A stretch of 60,580 nucleotides of DNA, counting the filler. It is 7 parts of 7 records of this genome, joined end to end, with 100 filler letters (N's around TTAATTAATTAA, not from the genome) between each part and the next. Parts side by side here need not be neighbours in the genome. Positions count along the whole stretch, not along the records: positions 45,867 to 53,547 come from SRR31156797_62924; positions 53,648 to 60,580 come from SRR31156797_62926; 5 more parts are not named here. One strand, given 5' to 3'. Shown piece after piece: positions 46,354 through 55,350 of this stretch; position 1 is the first letter of the stretch; every line of letters begins with the position of its first letter. A model generated the notes under the pieces. The model saw nothing but the letters and a program-made list of their open reading frames with translations. It was not told the DNA's origin and ran no database searches. A program made the position numbers and the translations under genes.

Positions 46354-46710
46354 AATAGTGTCAACCCCTTTCGGGTTGGTTGTGCATCTCCAGATTTCGG
46401 AGAGGAGATGCGGTGATCGTTTCCTCCTGTTCGGCTATCCGTATCGGGTCAGGGTCTTGTATAATGAAAACCTGTTCGTATCCCTTTTCGAGGAATGCAA
46501 ACCGGGCAACAGCACCAGAGACTTACACGATAGCGCTAAGCGTATGATATTTTGTCAGACTGTCCGGGCATTCAATCCCGAACCATTTTCTGAGAAAAGA
46601 ATTCATCCTGCCAAGGAAACATCGCTAACCTGTCGATCAGGGAGATCATGCCAAGATGGGATTCTTTAGATGGGTTGCCGCGTCAGGGCTCCCCTTTTTT
46701 GCATACAACC

Positions 46711-46739
46711 ATACTATGACAGTACGCCGTAACTGTCAA
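46711..46739 (-). promoter_or_regulatory. Sigma70 promoter with an internal palindrome, upstream of kamA/ablA
   Basis: Minus strand TTGACA-17 nt-TAGTAT; TGACAGT-N8-ACTGTCA (46717-46738) spans the -35 and spacer. Confidence 0.65.
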
Positions 46740-46838
46740 GAAAAGGCTGTTTAACGTGTGAACAAGGGTGTTTCCGGGAATTGAAAGGGGTATTGTCGTT
46801 TTGTTCCCAAAAGAGGGAGTTTCAATTTCATTGAAAAC

Positions 46839-47426
46839 TTACTTGTTGTCCCAGTATGTACCAGCGAGGAGCCTGAGTTTCTTTTCTACTTCGGCGACGT
46901 CCGGGATTTCGTAGAAGCCGACTTCCCTCGTGATCCGTTTGAGTTGTCCTGGATCAAATTCTCTGTACGGAAACGCGATGCTTCCGGAGCCATCAAGACG
47001 TTCTTCTCTTTCCAGGACGCGTATGTCTCTTGGTTTGATCACTCGAGATTCAATCTTGTGCATCGTTTGAATGATCACGATTGCCCGGGTATTTGTGATG
47101 GCATACAACGTCTTGAAAGCCTGTTCGTATCTTGTGATGGATGTCATCACAAATCCCAAACCCAGGATCACGAAAACGCTGGAGCAGGCAACAGCCCCTT
47201 GTGAATTCTCAGCTGTTTTTCTGGTGACTGGAGTGATGTCATCCATGTAGAACACGAGAGCCCCAAACAGCATCAGCGCAATTCCCGTAACAATTTGCGA
47301 GGACATCGACCGGTTAAGCAGTCGCGGGATGGGTTGTCCGTGCCAGATGATGTGTTCATCGGGATCCAGTTTTTCTTTCAATGTGCTCAGCAGTTTTGAT
47401 GGGATTTCAGGACTGTCTGCTTTCAT
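46839..47426 (-). CDS. Hypothetical 2-TM membrane protein (possible PH-like C-domain), paralogue A
   Basis: LDPDEHIIWHGQP, two TM, YAITNTRAIV, DGSGSI, GFYEIPDVAEVE; ATGA coupling to the upstream paralogue. Confidence 0.7.
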   Translation of the reverse strand: MKADSPEIPSKLLSTLKEKLDPDEHIIWHGQPIPRLLNRSMSSQIVTGIALMLFGALVFYMDDITPVTRKTAENSQGAVACSSVFVILGLGFVMTSITRYEQAFKTLYAITNTRAIVIIQTMHKIESRVIKPRDIRVLEREERLDGSGSIAFPYREFDPGQLKRITREVGFYEIPDVAEVEKKLRLLAGTYWDNK

Positions 47427-48046
47427 ATCGTACTCCTGCATCGTGTGGGCGGGCGCTTTGCTTTCATGCCCAGAAGATACTCAGAATGCAATTTTCTGAG
47501 ATGCGATTCGACAACAGACACATTTCGAATGTTCTCGAACCCAATGATGGTGGCTTCCTGGTCCCTGTCATGCTCATCATCAGGTTTGATGACCGCTATA
47601 CTGATTGTTCCCGTTTCGTTACTGTATCTTTTTATCAGTTGTATATTATCCAGCTCAATGGGGGAGAAGCTTCGTACTTTGACCACCTGTTGTTTCGACA
47701 CCATGATCAGAGCCCGTTTGTTCGTGATGACATATACCGTGTGTGCAATGTTATTTCTGCGGAGAAATGCCTTCCCGCAGATCAGTATGCCCATTAGCAT
47801 GAATCCTCCGCAGAAGGTGTACATGATATACGGTGCAGTTTTCCCTTGTGTCTGTTCCAGGATTGCTTCCCTGAAAATCAGTGTGGTTAACATCAAAAAG
47901 AATAAGCCACCAATGAACATGCATATGGCTTCCATGGGATATGTCGTCTCAGCCTGCTGATCGATCCATACGATTTTCTCTCGAGGTGATATCTCTGTGC
48001 AGACCCTTTCCATGACGTTCGGCGGAATCTCGCGATTGGTTTGCAT
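47423..48046 (-). CDS. Hypothetical 2-TM membrane protein (possible PH-like C-domain), paralogue B
   Basis: ISPREKIVWIDQ, two TM, YVITNKRALI, ETGTI, GFENIRNVSVVE. Confidence 0.7.
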   Translation of the reverse strand: MQTNREIPPNVMERVCTEISPREKIVWIDQQAETTYPMEAICMFIGGLFFLMLTTLIFREAILEQTQGKTAPYIMYTFCGGFMLMGILICGKAFLRRNNIAHTVYVITNKRALIMVSKQQVVKVRSFSPIELDNIQLIKRYSNETGTISIAVIKPDDEHDRDQEATIIGFENIRNVSVVESHLRKLHSEYLLGMKAKRPPTRCRSTI

Positions 48047-48095
48047 TACTGTTCCCGGTCCCGGAGGTTGTGCGGTTCATGCCCACTCTGGCTTT

Positions 48096-48123
48096 ATTAT
48101 ATTCCTTGAGACCGGCGATTCAA
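48096..48123 (-). promoter_or_regulatory. Sigma70 promoter of the paralogue pair
   Basis: Minus strand TTGAAT-16 nt-TATAAT. Confidence 0.55.
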
Positions 48124-48197
48124 CAAATGGAACGTAGCCATCCACAGGGGATCCATGGATTTCAAGCGGCTTTGGGGGGTTAAATATTAAAGAACAG

Positions 48198-49142
48198 TTA
48201 AATCCTCGTCATGTTTGACGGGTATTCGTGGACGTAGTGTTCGATGTTGTCGGCGTACTTCTGCATGATTTCCTGAAGGATTTCCGGGGTTTCCTTCGAA
48301 CGTTCGGGTTCGATCAATGGTCCCTGGACGACGAGGCGGTAGCGGAAGTTTGGTTCGGAGACGATGAAGCCCTGGAGGATCGGTGATTTCGATCGAAGGG
48401 CGATCTGGACCGTGCCGGTGAGAAACGGCTGTGTCTCGCCACAGAACTTTACGTCTACCGTTTTCAGGTGGCTGTCGCGCTGGCGGCGGACATCAAGTGC
48501 GCTGCCGACGATGTAGCCTTCCTTGAAGCAGCGGTAGATTTCTCTCGGGAAGGTGTCGGAGTAGAGGACCTTTGCCTGTTTGATCTCGTCGTACTTGTTC
48601 GCGTAGAGGGTCTGGACGTATTTCCGGATGCCGCCTTCCTTGCTGTCGCGGATGCCTGCCAGTTTGTAGCCGAGCAGGGACATGATGAGGCCTGCCACGT
48701 GGTGGGCTCCGTGGTGGCAGAGAGCCACGTAGACGCCTTTGCCCTGGGCGAGGGATTCGTCGAGGAGTTCGCGGTTGACGAGTTCGTATCGTTTCATGAC
48801 TTCTTCACGCGGGAGCATGTCGAAGATGAGGTAGAGCATCTTGTCGCAGCGGGTCTGCTGGAAGTGTCTGAGCGTCTCCTTGCGGATACGGCTGCGGGGG
48901 ACGTCGTCGCCCATGAGTTTTCGCATCTGGCGGGCGAAACGGCGGCGGCGTTTGTAGTTGATCGACCATTCAATGGAACCGAAGATTTTTCCGAACTGGT
49001 AGAGACCGGGTAGCGTGAGGAGTTTCGAGAGGATGAAGACCGTCGTACGCACGGACGTAAAAGTGAGTTTTGACCATGCCGACAGATGGGTCTCGGTACC
49101 GTGCTGCTGTTTTTCGTTTGTGGTTTCGTTCGTTTCGGTCAT
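48198..49142 (-). CDS. Lysophospholipid/lipid A-type acyltransferase (LpxL/HtrB-like)
   Basis: LDESLAQGKGVYVALCHHG, ALD, VKFCGE..F.TG..IALRS, IEHYVHEYP. Confidence 0.75.
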   Translation of the reverse strand: MTETNETTNEKQQHGTETHLSAWSKLTFTSVRTTVFILSKLLTLPGLYQFGKIFGSIEWSINYKRRRRFARQMRKLMGDDVPRSRIRKETLRHFQQTRCDKMLYLIFDMLPREEVMKRYELVNRELLDESLAQGKGVYVALCHHGAHHVAGLIMSLLGYKLAGIRDSKEGGIRKYVQTLYANKYDEIKQAKVLYSDTFPREIYRCFKEGYIVGSALDVRRQRDSHLKTVDVKFCGETQPFLTGTVQIALRSKSPILQGFIVSEPNFRYRLVVQGPLIEPERSKETPEILQEIMQKYADNIEHYVHEYPSNMTRI

Positions 49143-49200
49143 CTTCGCGTCTCGTACTCCAGAATCACGGATTGCCGTACTCCTGACGGCGGAGCAGAAG

Positions 49201-49232
49201 TATAGCATAAGAAGGAGGGGGAGGCTATGGAG
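49201..49232. repeat. Copy 1 of a 32-bp intergenic repeat overlapping an extended -10 (minus strand TGCTATACT)
   Basis: TATAGCATAAGAAGGAGGGGGAGGCTATGGAG; 27/32 identical to 50088-50119. Confidence 0.75.
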
Positions 49233-49273
49233 TGGTGGTAGAGGGACAATAAGTCAGACAACGCATCTCCGGA

Positions 49274-50044
49274 TCAGGTCAGGTATAAATGGACCAGGAC
49301 GATTCCCGCGGCAGTTGCCAAAAGAGTACAGAACGGCACTAGAACCAGGAGTGTGATGAACGTGTTTGTTCTGTTCACGCAACGTACTTCGATGATTCCC
49401 GTGGTGAGGAGCCACCAGTAACCCGAACAGAAGAAAGCAACCAGAAAAAGAGGTGCAGCCGTTATTCCCCATGTCATTACGAGAATCGCCATTAGAACCA
49501 GAAAAAGAACTATCGGGATGGCAAAGCTTGAAAGCTGGAGAATGCGGAACCAATCCAGAAACCCATTCGTGGGGCAGATGTTTTTTGAGCGATAGAGGAT
49601 ACTACAACAAAGTGCAATCAGAACGTCTGCGACATATGAGGAGAATGCTACTCCTATGCTGATCGTGATTGCGTAGGACACAAGCCAGGTATCGACTACT
49701 ACTGAGAAGAGGATCAACAAGGCGGCCGAGAATACTCTGTTCAGGAATCCGAAGCACAGGAGTTGGGTTGATACGTGATCGATTGGTATCCCCCTGATGG
49801 TGGCGATCGGATCCTTCAGCATTTCTAAACAGGCATAGGGATAGGATACAAGCTGGTTAATCATTCCACGGGATCGTTCCCATCGTACGACGATGTTCGG
49901 AATGTGGGATGTGACTGATCTCAGATATTCCGGATTAAACTCCCTGCCGCATTCCGGGCAGCGATTCTCCGGGAGTCCGGTGAGGGGGTACTCGCAGGTT
50001 GGGCAGAAGAGCCCTTCCAGATTGTCAGTTTTCTCTGTATTCAT
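49274..50044 (-). CDS. Zn-ribbon (CPxC..CPECG) + multi-TM membrane protein, paralogue 1
   Basis: TDNLEGLFCPTCEYPLTGLPENRCPECG followed by about five hydrophobic segments. Confidence 0.75.
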   Translation of the reverse strand: MNTEKTDNLEGLFCPTCEYPLTGLPENRCPECGREFNPEYLRSVTSHIPNIVVRWERSRGMINQLVSYPYACLEMLKDPIATIRGIPIDHVSTQLLCFGFLNRVFSAALLILFSVVVDTWLVSYAITISIGVAFSSYVADVLIALCCSILYRSKNICPTNGFLDWFRILQLSSFAIPIVLFLVLMAILVMTWGITAAPLFLVAFFCSGYWWLLTTGIIEVRCVNRTNTFITLLVLVPFCTLLATAAGIVLVHLYLT

Positions 50045-50087
50045 CTTTTTTTAGAAAAGCACCCGAATTCAGAACGTTAGCATGGAT

Positions 50088-50119
50088 TATAGCATAAGAG
50101 GCGGGGGGAGACTACGGAG
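50088..50119. repeat. Copy 2 of the 32-bp intergenic repeat overlapping an extended -10 (minus strand TGCTATAAT)
   Basis: TATAGCATAAGAGGCGGGGGGAGACTACGGAG. Confidence 0.75.
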
Positions 50120-50137
50120 CCTGGTTCCTATTGTGGC

Positions 50138-50944
50138 TCAGGCTGTAAGGGCGGCTGCAAGGAAGAAGCTGATGATAAAAGCACTGACTGAAGAAACCGG
50201 GATGCCGACGATTGCTACGATCGAGCTTCCGGTGTTCACGCGGCACCTGGCTTGAATGACGAACGCCGTTGCGAACCACCAGACTATTCCCATCGGCAAA
50301 ATAAATAAACCAAAAACAACAGAAACCCAGGGGGCAATCAAAAGAGCGAGGCATGCCAGAGATGCCAGCAGGATTGCAGCAGGTAGAAAGAAGCTTGTGA
50401 GTTGAAGCAGCATGAACCAATCCATGAGCCCCCTTGTTGGACATTCCGGGAGGGGAGAGCACAAGACACTGCAACAGATGGAAAGAAAGAAATCCGTCAA
50501 ATACGAAATCACCAGGACCTGCATTGCAATGTACAGGAGTTGATATAAATCCAATGATGAACTTTCTACCTGAAATCCAAAGAGAATCAGGATAGTGAGG
50601 ATTACCGCGATGGCCCGGCTTATCAGGCCGTAGCACCATAAAGGAAACGTCACTTCTTCAAGCGGGATTCCTTTGCTGAAGTTCGTGGGTTTATCCATGA
50701 TCTGGAAGGATGCCGGGAGATAGTGACGAACCTGGTGCGACAGGTTTAAGGCTTCTTTCCAATGATGGACAATGTGCGGAACGGTGGCTTTGTGAAAAAG
50801 CAACAAATCCGGTTTGAACCCCTTTCCGCACTCCGGGCATCGATTCTCCGGGAGACCGGTGAGAGGGTATTCACAGTTCGGGCAGAAGAGCCCTTCCAGA
50901 TTGTCTGTCTCGCTATTGAGCAACTTGCTGACGTTTTTTATCAA
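50138..50944 (-). CDS. Zn-ribbon + multi-TM membrane protein, paralogue 2
   Basis: TDNLEGLFCPNCEYPLTGLPENRCPECG plus TM segments; start uncertain because it overlaps the MFS stop. Confidence 0.75.
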   Translation of the reverse strand: MIKNVSKLLNSETDNLEGLFCPNCEYPLTGLPENRCPECGKGFKPDLLLFHKATVPHIVHHWKEALNLSHQVRHYLPASFQIMDKPTNFSKGIPLEEVTFPLWCYGLISRAIAVILTILILFGFQVESSSLDLYQLLYIAMQVLVISYLTDFFLSICCSVLCSPLPECPTRGLMDWFMLLQLTSFFLPAAILLASLACLALLIAPWVSVVFGLFILPMGIVWWFATAFVIQARCRVNTGSSIVAIVGIPVSSVSAFIISFFLAAALTA

Positions 50945-52337
50945 TGCGATTCGTCACGTAACTGAAGAGCAGCAACGCCAGGAAGGATGCTACGCCGATC
51001 CCTATGAAGTAATACCAGATGTAATGTGCATGAGCGTAGACCTCCGGTAGAGCTGTCCCATTTTCAATTGCTTCGATTCTCGCAGCCTGGACCTCTTCAG
51101 GCAGGGTTGTGGGATCTGGACAGTACCATTTCAGGAGCAGACCACCGGCAAAAAAGGCAATGAAGTTTGAAATCACGCTATGAAGGTGCGAGTACCCCAT
51201 GTAGAGACCAACTTCCCCCGGTGGGGCCTGGTTGGATGCGTACTCCAGGAACTTCGGAGACAGGAAGCATTCAGACAATCCCTGAATTCCAATACCAACA
51301 GAAACGACGAGCGTGATCGGGTGTAGTGTCAAACCGAACCCGATCGGTACTCCCGAGCCGAATGTTTCCGTTAGGAATGGACTTAACGCAATGGCCAGTG
51401 AAGAGAAGGGAATCAACGCCATCGCAATCAGAATGGTGTTCACCGGCTTCATGTTTCGGACCATGTGTGTGATTGGTACCACAAATAGTACGACGACAGC
51501 CGGATTTATGTTTGCCAGCCACTCCGGTTTTGCCCCATCCCCCATAGTACGTACAACATACTTAGGGACAGACGCATATAACTGCTGCTGGATGATCCAG
51601 AATCCTGCGACGATGATAATCAAAGCCATGAACCTGAAGTTGCACACGACTCGCCAAAGGCTTTGTTTTACTTCCTGGTATGTGCGGTTTGTCTTTGGGG
51701 TTTCCATGTCCTGATAGAAAAATGCGACAAATATCAGAGCCATGAATGCCATTAGAGCAGAATAGAAATTGATATAGACCAAGCCATACTCTTCACGAAT
51801 CGGAGCCGCCAGAAACTTGCCCGTAAAAGAACCGATATTCACAACGGCATAAAAGATGGAGAATGCCCTGGCTCGATTTGTTTCATCCGAACAGAGAGCA
51901 GCTGTTCCAGAGATGACTGGCTTGATGATTGATCCACCAATTACGATTAGAATCAGTGAACAGATCGCAAGGGTTTTTCTGGGGATCTCCGACATGATGA
52001 CCTGGGTTTCGCCATTGACGTCTTTTTCTATGCCAGGTACGCCAAGGAGAAGATAGCCCAGTGTAAGAAGTCCGAATGCGATAATCACCGCTTTTCGAAA
52101 ACCAACTTTGTCAGCCCAAAGGCCAGAGAACATCGGCAGGAAGTAGATCGCCGACCCGAAGAGACCGGCGACAAGGCCTGTGCCGAGATCACCGAATCCG
52201 ATATTTCTGGTCAGGTAGAGTGCAATGGCAATGTACATGCCGTACCAGGCGGCACGCTCGAATAGCTCTGCCCCGTTTGCAACCCAGAATGTTCTTGGAA
52301 AACTCCAACTTAATCGTTCATTGCTTTTGTCTGTCAT
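50913..52337 (-). CDS. MFS transporter, POT/PTR (peptide:H+ symporter)-like
   Basis: AELFERAAWYG (ExxER motif), GGSIIKP, AFSIFYAVVNIGS, many TM; start at MTDKSNE. Confidence 0.85.
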   Translation of the reverse strand: MTDKSNERLSWSFPRTFWVANGAELFERAAWYGMYIAIALYLTRNIGFGDLGTGLVAGLFGSAIYFLPMFSGLWADKVGFRKAVIIAFGLLTLGYLLLGVPGIEKDVNGETQVIMSEIPRKTLAICSLILIVIGGSIIKPVISGTAALCSDETNRARAFSIFYAVVNIGSFTGKFLAAPIREEYGLVYINFYSALMAFMALIFVAFFYQDMETPKTNRTYQEVKQSLWRVVCNFRFMALIIIVAGFWIIQQQLYASVPKYVVRTMGDGAKPEWLANINPAVVVLFVVPITHMVRNMKPVNTILIAMALIPFSSLAIALSPFLTETFGSGVPIGFGLTLHPITLVVSVGIGIQGLSECFLSPKFLEYASNQAPPGEVGLYMGYSHLHSVISNFIAFFAGGLLLKWYCPDPTTLPEEVQAARIEAIENGTALPEVYAHAHYIWYYFIGIGVASFLALLLFSYVTNRIDKKRQQVAQ

Positions 52338-52526
52338 TTTGTCGTGTCTTTTCTTGAGGCGCGGGTTGTGATCGCCAGCGCATTGGAAACTTGTCGTTCT
52401 ACCTGAAGTTGCCATTTTGCCGATTCCGGGTGGGGTTTCAAGCGCCGGGCGGCCTTGAACGCGGATTTGGCTGGAACCCGGCCCCATTTCAGGCTGGAAG
52501 GTGGGAAGATGGAGGGCTAAGATGCG

Positions 52527-53547
52527 GTGAACGAGAACTTGTGTGGAAGAACAGGTATCCTGGTGAAATCCGGTAAAGATCAAACGAATTTCGAGAAGCG
52601 GTTTCTGCCGATGTCCCGGCGCGAGATGGAAGCTCGCGGGTGGGATGGGGTGGATGTTGTGTTCGTGTCCGGGGATGCTTACGTGGATCATCCGAGCTTC
52701 GCCTCGGCGATGCTTGGGCGGGTGCTGGAGGCTGCAGGGTTTCGGGTAGGGGTTCTTGCACAGCCGGACTGGCAGAGCTGTGATCCGTGGAAAGAGTTCG
52801 GCAAGCCCCGACTCTTTTTTGCGGTGAGTGCCGGGAACATGGATTCCATGATCAACCGGTATACAGCGAACAAGAAAGTTCGAAACAACGATGCGTATTC
52901 GCCTGGGGGAAAAGCTGGGTTGAGGCCTGACCGGGCGACGCTTGCGTATTGTCAGCGGGCACGGGAGGCGTTCAAGGGTGTGCCGATCATCGCGGGTGGT
53001 GTGGAGGCGTCGCTGCGGCGGCTGGCGCATTTCGATTACTGGAGCGAGACGGTCAAGCGATCAATCCTGCTGGACGCGAAGGCGGATCTGCTGGTGTTCG
53101 GGATGGGGGAGGCGACGATCCTGGAGATCGCGAGGCGGTTGTCGGAAGGTGAGACGGTCAGGGAATTGAGGGGGATGCGTGGGGTTGCATATTCGCTGGG
53201 GAGGACGGAAGCGAAGCCTGAAGGGGAGGATGTTGTTGAGCTTCCTTCGTATGAGGAAGTGAAGGCGAGTAAGGATTCGTTCTGCGAGGCGACGCGGGTG
53301 ATTCATCATGAATCGAATCCGCACTGCGGGGCGACGTTGATCCAGATGCACGGGGACCAGGCGGTTGTTGTGAATCCTCCTCCGCGGCCGGTGTCCGAGG
53401 CGGATATGGATTCGTACTACGAGCTGCCTTTTGTGAGGAAGCCGCATCCGTCGTATTCGGAGAAGATTTCTGCGTTTGAGATGATCAAGGATTCGGTGAC
53501 GGTGATGCGCGGGTGTTTCGGGGGGTGTTCGTTCTGTTCGCTGACGA
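52527..53547 (+). CDS. ygiQ: YgiQ-family radical SAM protein, 3' truncated
   Basis: [55 protein letters not shown]. Confidence 0.92.
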
Positions 53548-53647
53548 NNNNNNNNNNNNNNNNNNNNNNNNNNNNNNNNNNNNNNNNNNNNTTAATTAAT
53601 TAANNNNNNNNNNNNNNNNNNNNNNNNNNNNNNNNNNNNNNNNNNNN
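53548..53647. other. Artificial contig-joining spacer
   Basis: N44-TTAATTAATTAA-N44. Confidence 0.98.
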
Positions 53648-53648
53648 A

Positions 53649-54233
53649 TTATCAGAACTTCCGGAATGGTTAAATCTGCTCATCGGATTTATTATCGGCA
53701 TCGGATTTGGATTTGCACTTGAACAGGCAGGTTTTTCGTCGAGCCGGAAACTGGCCGGCATGTTTTATGGTTACGATACTACCGTTTTAAAAGTATTTTT
53801 TACAGCCGCAATTGTGGCATTGGCAGGTTCACAAATACTTAGTTTCTTTGGAATATTAAATCTAAATCTGGTATATGTAAATCAGTATTATCTGGTGGCT
53901 ACTTTAATTGGAGGAACAATAATGGGAGCCGGTTTTATTATGGGAGGATTTTGCCCGGGAACGGGAATCAGCGCGCTTTCAATAGGTAAAATAGATGCTT
54001 TGGTTTTCTTGATTGGAGGAATGGCAGGTGCTTTTCTTTTTGCCGAAACATACCCGTATATTCAAAAAATGGCAACCGGAAGTTATAAAGGACCGGTTCG
54101 AATTGATGAATTAATTGGCGTTTCTCCCGGAGTTTTTACATTGATTTTAATTGTAGCTGCCGTGGCACTTTTTTGGCTTGCTGAATTGGCAGAAAAAAAA
54201 TACAGCCGCCCTGAAATAACTTCAGAAATATAA
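53649..54233 (+). CDS. YeeE/YedE sulfur-compound transporter family protein, 5' truncated
   Basis: The frame extends upstream of the tracked ATG (IGIGFGFALEQAGFSSSRKLAGMFYG); GGTIMGAGFIMGGFCPGT. Confidence 0.88.
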   Translation, partial: LSELPEWLNLLIGFIIGIGFGFALEQAGFSSSRKLAGMFYGYDTTVLKVFFTAAIVALAGSQILSFFGILNLNLVYVNQYYLVATLIGGTIMGAGFIMGGFCPGTGISALSIGKIDALVFLIGGMAGAFLFAETYPYIQKMATGSYKGPVRIDELIGVSPGVFTLILIVAAVALFWLAELAEKKYSRPEITSEI

Positions 54234-54243
54234 TAATGGAATT

Positions 54244-54855
54244 ATGAATACACGCATTAAAATATCGGTTTTATTAATTTCTGTTGGTTTTATACTGGCC
54301 TTTTTGCCTTATAATGCTGCAAAATCGTTTCAGCTAAAACCCGATGAATTATTACTGGAATTGCAAAAAGACGATATTTATTTCTCGGTTGATGAGGTGG
54401 CCCGGTTTGTAAATAACGAAGACAGCACAGTACAAATTATCGATTTGCGAAGTGCTGAGGAATTTATGGAATGTAATATTCCCGGCTCAATAAATATTCC
54501 TTTCAACGATTTGTTAAATCCGGATTGGGAAGGGTATTTGAATCAAAAGGAAGTTCGTAATGTTTTTTACGGGAATGGAGATAAAAATGCAAACCTGGCA
54601 TGGTCTGTTGCAACCGGGTTAGGATATAAAAATAGTTATATTATGGGGGGCGGTTTAAATGAATGGTATAAAACAGTTATGCTTAGTCGTTTTGAAGGAG
54701 AAAGAATTACGCCTCGCGAAAATGCCATTTTTGAAAACCGGTTTAAAGCACGAAGAACATTTACACAGATTAACAGTTTGCCCGATAGTTTAAAGCTGCA
54801 GTTTTTGGAAGCGAAAAGATTGGAGGAATCTCAACTTGATGGTGGTTGTGAATAA
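54244..54855 (+). CDS. Membrane-anchored rhodanese-fold protein lacking the loop Cys, with C-terminal GGCE
   Basis: N-terminal TM, IIDLRS.EEF...IPGSINIP, VFYGNG at the catalytic position, GGLNEW, ends LDGGCE. Confidence 0.85.
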   Translation: MNTRIKISVLLISVGFILAFLPYNAAKSFQLKPDELLLELQKDDIYFSVDEVARFVNNEDSTVQIIDLRSAEEFMECNIPGSINIPFNDLLNPDWEGYLNQKEVRNVFYGNGDKNANLAWSVATGLGYKNSYIMGGGLNEWYKTVMLSRFEGERITPRENAIFENRFKARRTFTQINSLPDSLKLQFLEAKRLEESQLDGGCE

Positions 54856-54863
54856 ATTGAAAA

Positions 54864-55325
54864 ATGATGAAAACGTTTAAAAGTTTAAGATTAATTTTTG
54901 TGTTTGTGCTTGTATTATTGCTTTTGGTGGTAGCACGGGCAACGAATAATAATTTGTTTAAAAAAGATGCTAAAACGATTGTAACAAATGCAAATGCTAG
55001 TGTTGTTTCTGCAGCTTCAATAAATACCTTAACTGATTCTTTTTTTGTTGTCGATTTAAGAGAAGAATCCGGAATTCAAATAAATCCAATTCAAAATGCA
55101 ATTCATATTTCTTTTGAAAAACTATTGGATAAAAAAAACAGGGAAATTTTAGAACAAGTTGAGACCGATATTCTGCTGTATTCCGATAATTTGGCAGTTG
55201 CTACAAAAGCCTGGGTAATTCTGAGCCAATTAAATTTTGAACAAGTTTTTATCTTTTCTGATGAAGAAAACCCCGAGGTTTTTAACTATAAATTCCAGCC
55301 CGACACATCGGTCGAACTGGAATAA
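54864..55325 (+). CDS. Cys-free rhodanese-like protein with N-terminal TM
   Basis: VVDLR..IQNAIHI..ILLYSD..AWVILSQL; no cysteine. Confidence 0.7.
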   Translation: MMKTFKSLRLIFVFVLVLLLLVVARATNNNLFKKDAKTIVTNANASVVSAASINTLTDSFFVVDLREESGIQINPIQNAIHISFEKLLDKKNREILEQVETDILLYSDNLAVATKAWVILSQLNFEQVFIFSDEENPEVFNYKFQPDTSVELE

Positions 55326-55350
55326 GTTATATTAAGAATTGGGTAGTATT

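Noticed and set aside
49201..50944. Integron cassette array, CRISPR or DGR explanation for the repeated units
   Set aside because: Only two copies; no attC-like palindromes, regular spacers, integrase or reverse transcriptase in the fragment
52338..53030. Long N-terminal extension making the MFS transporter 705 aa
   Set aside because: The extension is antisense to the YgiQ gene; the ExxER motif places the real start near MTDKSNE (52337)
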